Positions 61,044 to 64,000 of a DNA stretch of 64,000 bases are shown piece after piece (position 1 is the first letter of the stretch; the number at the start of each line of letters is the position of its first letter). The stretch comes from Myxococcota bacterium (GTDB lineage Bacteria; Myxococcota_A; UBA9042; PHBI01; JAWLBL01): positions 65,202-129,201 of the forward strand of contig JAWLBL010000026.1 in assembly GCA_041687695.1 (NCBI GenBank), given 5' to 3'. Below the pieces are notes generated by a model. It did not search any database, was not told where the DNA came from, and saw nothing but the letters and a program-made list of their open reading frames with translations. The position numbers and the translations under genes are program-made.

Positions 61044-62156
61044 GTGACGCAGGCGAGCCCCCCAGAGCGCGAGGCCGGTCCGGCGCCCGAGGCTCCCGCG
61101 GACCTCCTGGCCCCCGGGACCGTCGTCGACGAGCGCTTCCTCATCGAGGCCGTCATCGGTGTCGGCGCCTTCGGCGTGGTCTATCGCGCCGTCGACTTCG
61201 CCCACGGGCAGGTCGTGGCGCTCAAGACGCTGCGGGCGGTCGGCTTCGATCGGCGGACGCTGGTGCAGCGGTTCGTGCGCGAGGCGCGCATCACCGCCGA
61301 GCTGCGCCACCCGAACACGGCGCGCCTGCTGCACTTCGGCCAGCTGCGCCTGCGCGAGGGCGAGCGGCCGCTGCCGTACATGGCGCTCGAGCTGGTCCGC
61401 GGCGTGTCGCTGGGCACGCTGGTGCGCCACCGAGGCGCGCTGACCCCCGACGAGGTCGCCTGGGTCTGCGAGGGCGTGCTCGAGTCGCTGGGCGAGGCGC
61501 ACGCCCGCGGCATCCTCCACCGCGATCTCAAGCCGGACAACGTCATGGTCGCCGCGCCCGAGGCGCGCTGGGAGCGCTTCGAGGACGCCGGCAAGGTGAC
61601 CGACCGCCTCGGCGTGCCGCCGCTGACGGACCCGCTGTGGGCCAACGTGCGCGGCCTGCCGGTCAAGGTCGTCGACTTCGGCCTGGGCAAGCTCCTGCCC
61701 GACGGCAAGCGCCGCATCGAGGCCCTCACCGCCACCGGCGTGGTGGCCGGGACCGCCCAGTACATGAGCCCCGAGCAGGTCGTCGGCCTGGCCGATCTCG
61801 ACGGCCGCGCGGACCTGTACGCCCTGGCCGCCCTGATGTACCGCGTGCTGACCGGCAGCGCCCTGTTCGAGGGCGAGGACGACCTGACCGTCGCGCTCAA
61901 GCACGTCACGGAGGCGCTCCCCCCGCTGCCGGAGCCGCTGGACGCGCACCCCATCGCCGAGATCTACCGCCGCGCCGGCGCCAAGGACCGCGGTGACCGC
62001 TTCGCCAGCGCCGCCGAGATGGGCTGGGCCCTGCGCGCCCTGCCGCTCGATCGCCACCGCGCCGCCCGTCCCGAGCCTCCCGCCCCCACGGACCCGCCCG
62101 CGCCACCCGCCGCGCCCGGGCTGCTGGGCCGCCTGCTCGGCCGCCGGCGCGCATGA
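61044..62156 (+). CDS. Serine/threonine protein kinase (Hanks type)
   Basis: IGVGAFGVVY, VALK, HRDLKPDN, DFG, GTAQYMSPEQ, DLYA. Confidence 0.93.
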   Translation: MTQASPPEREAGPAPEAPADLLAPGTVVDERFLIEAVIGVGAFGVVYRAVDFAHGQVVALKTLRAVGFDRRTLVQRFVREARITAELRHPNTARLLHFGQLRLREGERPLPYMALELVRGVSLGTLVRHRGALTPDEVAWVCEGVLESLGEAHARGILHRDLKPDNVMVAAPEARWERFEDAGKVTDRLGVPPLTDPLWANVRGLPVKVVDFGLGKLLPDGKRRIEALTATGVVAGTAQYMSPEQVVGLADLDGRADLYALAALMYRVLTGSALFEGEDDLTVALKHVTEALPPLPEPLDAHPIAEIYRRAGAKDRGDRFASAAEMGWALRALPLDRHRAARPEPPAPTDPPAPPAAPGLLGRLLGRRRA

Positions 62157-62878
62157 GGCCCGAGGTCGCGCCGCCCGACGCCCTGACGCTGCTCTACCTC
62201 GACGACCACCTCGCCGTCGTCGACAAGCCGCCCGGGTTGCTCGTCCACCGCGGCTGGGATCGCGACCGCCACGTCGTCATGACGGTCCTGCGCGACCAGC
62301 TCGGCCGCCACGTCTACCCGGTGCACCGCCTGGACCGCCAGACCAGCGGCGCGCTGGCCTTCGCCCTGTCGCCCGAGGCCGCCCGCGCCCTCGGCGCCCA
62401 GTTCGAGGCGGGCGCCGTCGACAAGCGCTACCTGGCCCTGGTCCGCGGCGTCACCCCCGAGGCGGGCCTCGTCGACCACCCCGTCCCCAAGGACGAGGAC
62501 GGCCCGCGTGTCCCCGCCCGCACGGCCTTCGTCCGCCGCTTCGTCTTCGAGCGCTTCTCGCTCGTCGAGGCGCGCCCCGAGACCGGGCGCCTCCACCAGA
62601 TCCGCCGGCACATGAAGCACCTCAGCCACCCGCTGGTCGGCGACGTGCGCTACGGCAAGGGCGACATCAACCGCTTGTTCCGCCAGCGCTTCGGGCTCCA
62701 CCGCCTGGCCCTTCACGCCGCCTGGTTGTCGCTGGCGCACCCGCTGACCGGCGCCCGGCTCGACGTCCAGGCCCCGCTCGCGCCCGATCTGCGCGCCGTC
62801 CTCGAGGCGGTCGGCGCCCCGCACGAGGCCTGGGCGACTCCGGCGCCGCAGGAACAGGTCGCGCCGTCCGAGGGTTGA
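62153..62878 (+). CDS. Pseudouridine synthase, RluA family (TruC-like)
   Basis: VDKPPGLLVH, HRLDRQTSG, KRYLALVRG, TGRLHQIRRH, HPLVGD..YG, LHA. Confidence 0.92.
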   Translation: MRPEVAPPDALTLLYLDDHLAVVDKPPGLLVHRGWDRDRHVVMTVLRDQLGRHVYPVHRLDRQTSGALAFALSPEAARALGAQFEAGAVDKRYLALVRGVTPEAGLVDHPVPKDEDGPRVPARTAFVRRFVFERFSLVEARPETGRLHQIRRHMKHLSHPLVGDVRYGKGDINRLFRQRFGLHRLALHAAWLSLAHPLTGARLDVQAPLAPDLRAVLEAVGAPHEAWATPAPQEQVAPSEG

Positions 62879-62907
62879 CGGGACACGTCCCTCGCCCTGG
62901 ATGCTCG

Positions 62908-63843
62908 ATGCGCTCCGTCCGAATCGCCGCCTGTGCCACCGTCCTCGCCGCCTGCGGGTTCGCCCGCGAGGCCACCGTCGTCACCTTCGGGGCCCCCGAC
63001 CTGCCGGCCGTCTCGGGCGACGTCGAGCTGACCGAGGCCGTCCTCCGCGAGGCCATCCTCCGCAACGCGACCGGCCCCGTGGCGGTGGCCCCGAGCGCGC
63101 TCCCGTCCGCCGAGGAGCTTGGCCGCCGCGACCTGGGGCGGCTCATCGAGGGCGCCACCTACCGGGACGTGCGCGACGTCCTGTGCACGGCCGCCTCCTA
63201 CGGCCTGCTGCCCGAGCCGGGCGTCGATCTGGGTGACATCGAGCCGAGCGAACGGGTCGCCGCCGAGCCGCCCACCGCCATCACCGCGCGCGTCGAGGCC
63301 GCGGGCGCCGACGCCGGCTGCCACGAGGGCGGGCTGCGGGTCGAGGCCACGGTCACCCGGCAGGCCCTCGACCAGGCGCAGCTGGACGATCTCCGTGGGC
63401 GCCTGACCGTCGATCCAGCGGCCATCCCCGACGCGGTCGCGCTCATCCGCTTCGACTTCGACCGGCTGGCCTTCGTGGCCCACCCGCGCGCCGAGGACGA
63501 CGACGAGCGCGATCTGACCGCCACCCTGGGTGACTTCGCCCTCAGCGTCGGGGTCGCGGGCAGCGACGCCCCGCCCGAGCTGGTCGTCCCGGGCTTTCTG
63601 CTCGAGACCATCGGCCCCGCCTCGCCTCAGCGCTTCGGCCTCGACCCCGACGGCGAGGTCACGCGCGCCATCGAGCAGTCCGTCGCGGGGCAGCGGCCGC
63701 CGCCCGACCTCGTCGTGACCCTCAGCGCCGAGATCGCCCCCGAGGCGCTGGCCGACGTCGCCATCGAAGGCAGCGGCTTCGTCTTCGCCTTCCAGCCCGA
63801 GGTCGTCGTCAACGGCTGGGCCGTGGCCGCCGAGCTGCTGTAG
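62908..63843 (+). CDS. Hypothetical lipoprotein
   Basis: Lipobox LAAC; normal codon usage. Confidence 0.65.
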   Translation: MRSVRIAACATVLAACGFAREATVVTFGAPDLPAVSGDVELTEAVLREAILRNATGPVAVAPSALPSAEELGRRDLGRLIEGATYRDVRDVLCTAASYGLLPEPGVDLGDIEPSERVAAEPPTAITARVEAAGADAGCHEGGLRVEATVTRQALDQAQLDDLRGRLTVDPAAIPDAVALIRFDFDRLAFVAHPRAEDDDERDLTATLGDFALSVGVAGSDAPPELVVPGFLLETIGPASPQRFGLDPDGEVTRAIEQSVAGQRPPPDLVVTLSAEIAPEALADVAIEGSGFVFAFQPEVVVNGWAVAAELL

Positions 63844-63901
63844 GCGTCCGTTCTCCGTCGGTGCCAAGCCCCGCCGCGCCGCCGCTTCGACCGCGCCGGC
63901 G

Positions 63902-63975
63902 CTGGGATCGCCGGCTTCCAGCCGGCCGGCGCTTCGCCGCTCTCCGGTTCGGCCGCCTGGGCTCGCCGGCTGCCA
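63902..63975. repeat. Two REP-like palindromic units
   Basis: CTGGGATCGCCGGCTTCCAGCCGGC (63902-63926) and truncated CTGGGCTCGCCGGCTGCCA (63957-63975). Confidence 0.5.
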
Positions 63976-64000
63976 GAGGGTGTCGCAGAAGGACCAACCG
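63976..64000. mobile_element. Left end of a second copy of the 26723-26894 element (runs off the window)
   Basis: GAGGGTGTCGCAGAAGGACCAACCG versus GCGGGTGTCGCAAAAGCCCAACCG at 26723. Confidence 0.65.

Overview
Very GC-rich bacterial chromosome segment, most consistent with a Myxococcota/deltaproteobacterial genome: many lipoproteins, Cys-rich surface proteins, a MYXO-CTERM-like tail, a Hanks-type kinase and an RpoH-type sigma factor. About 50 real CDSs can be separated from the many GC-driven shadow ORFs. Recognisable genes include malQ, xth, gloA, mtnC, clpB, an RpoH-family sigma factor, a FadL-type channel, dck/dgk-like kinases, pnp and an RluA/TruC-type pseudouridine synthase. I found no rRNA, tRNA, CRISPR array, transposase or integrase. 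The most notable observations are: (1) a duplicated EPT-repeat lipoprotein cassette whose roughly 190-bp upstream region keeps four conserved blocks at exactly the same spacing and shares a 3' hairpin, lying in an 8.8-kb block that separates a normally adjacent dck-dgk pair; (2) a fused double Ddl-like ATP-grasp ligase coupled to a DmpA/P1 peptidase, next to two M15 peptidases; (3) miniature inverted-repeat elements with GAGG(C/G)TGT ends and 5-bp target duplications, one filled with REP-like hairpins, with a possible shared target motif; (4) a FadL channel coupled to a 1013-aa lipoprotein; (5) a clpB/RpoH-like divergon. Start codons were chosen by eye. All family assignments come from motif recognition, not database searches.
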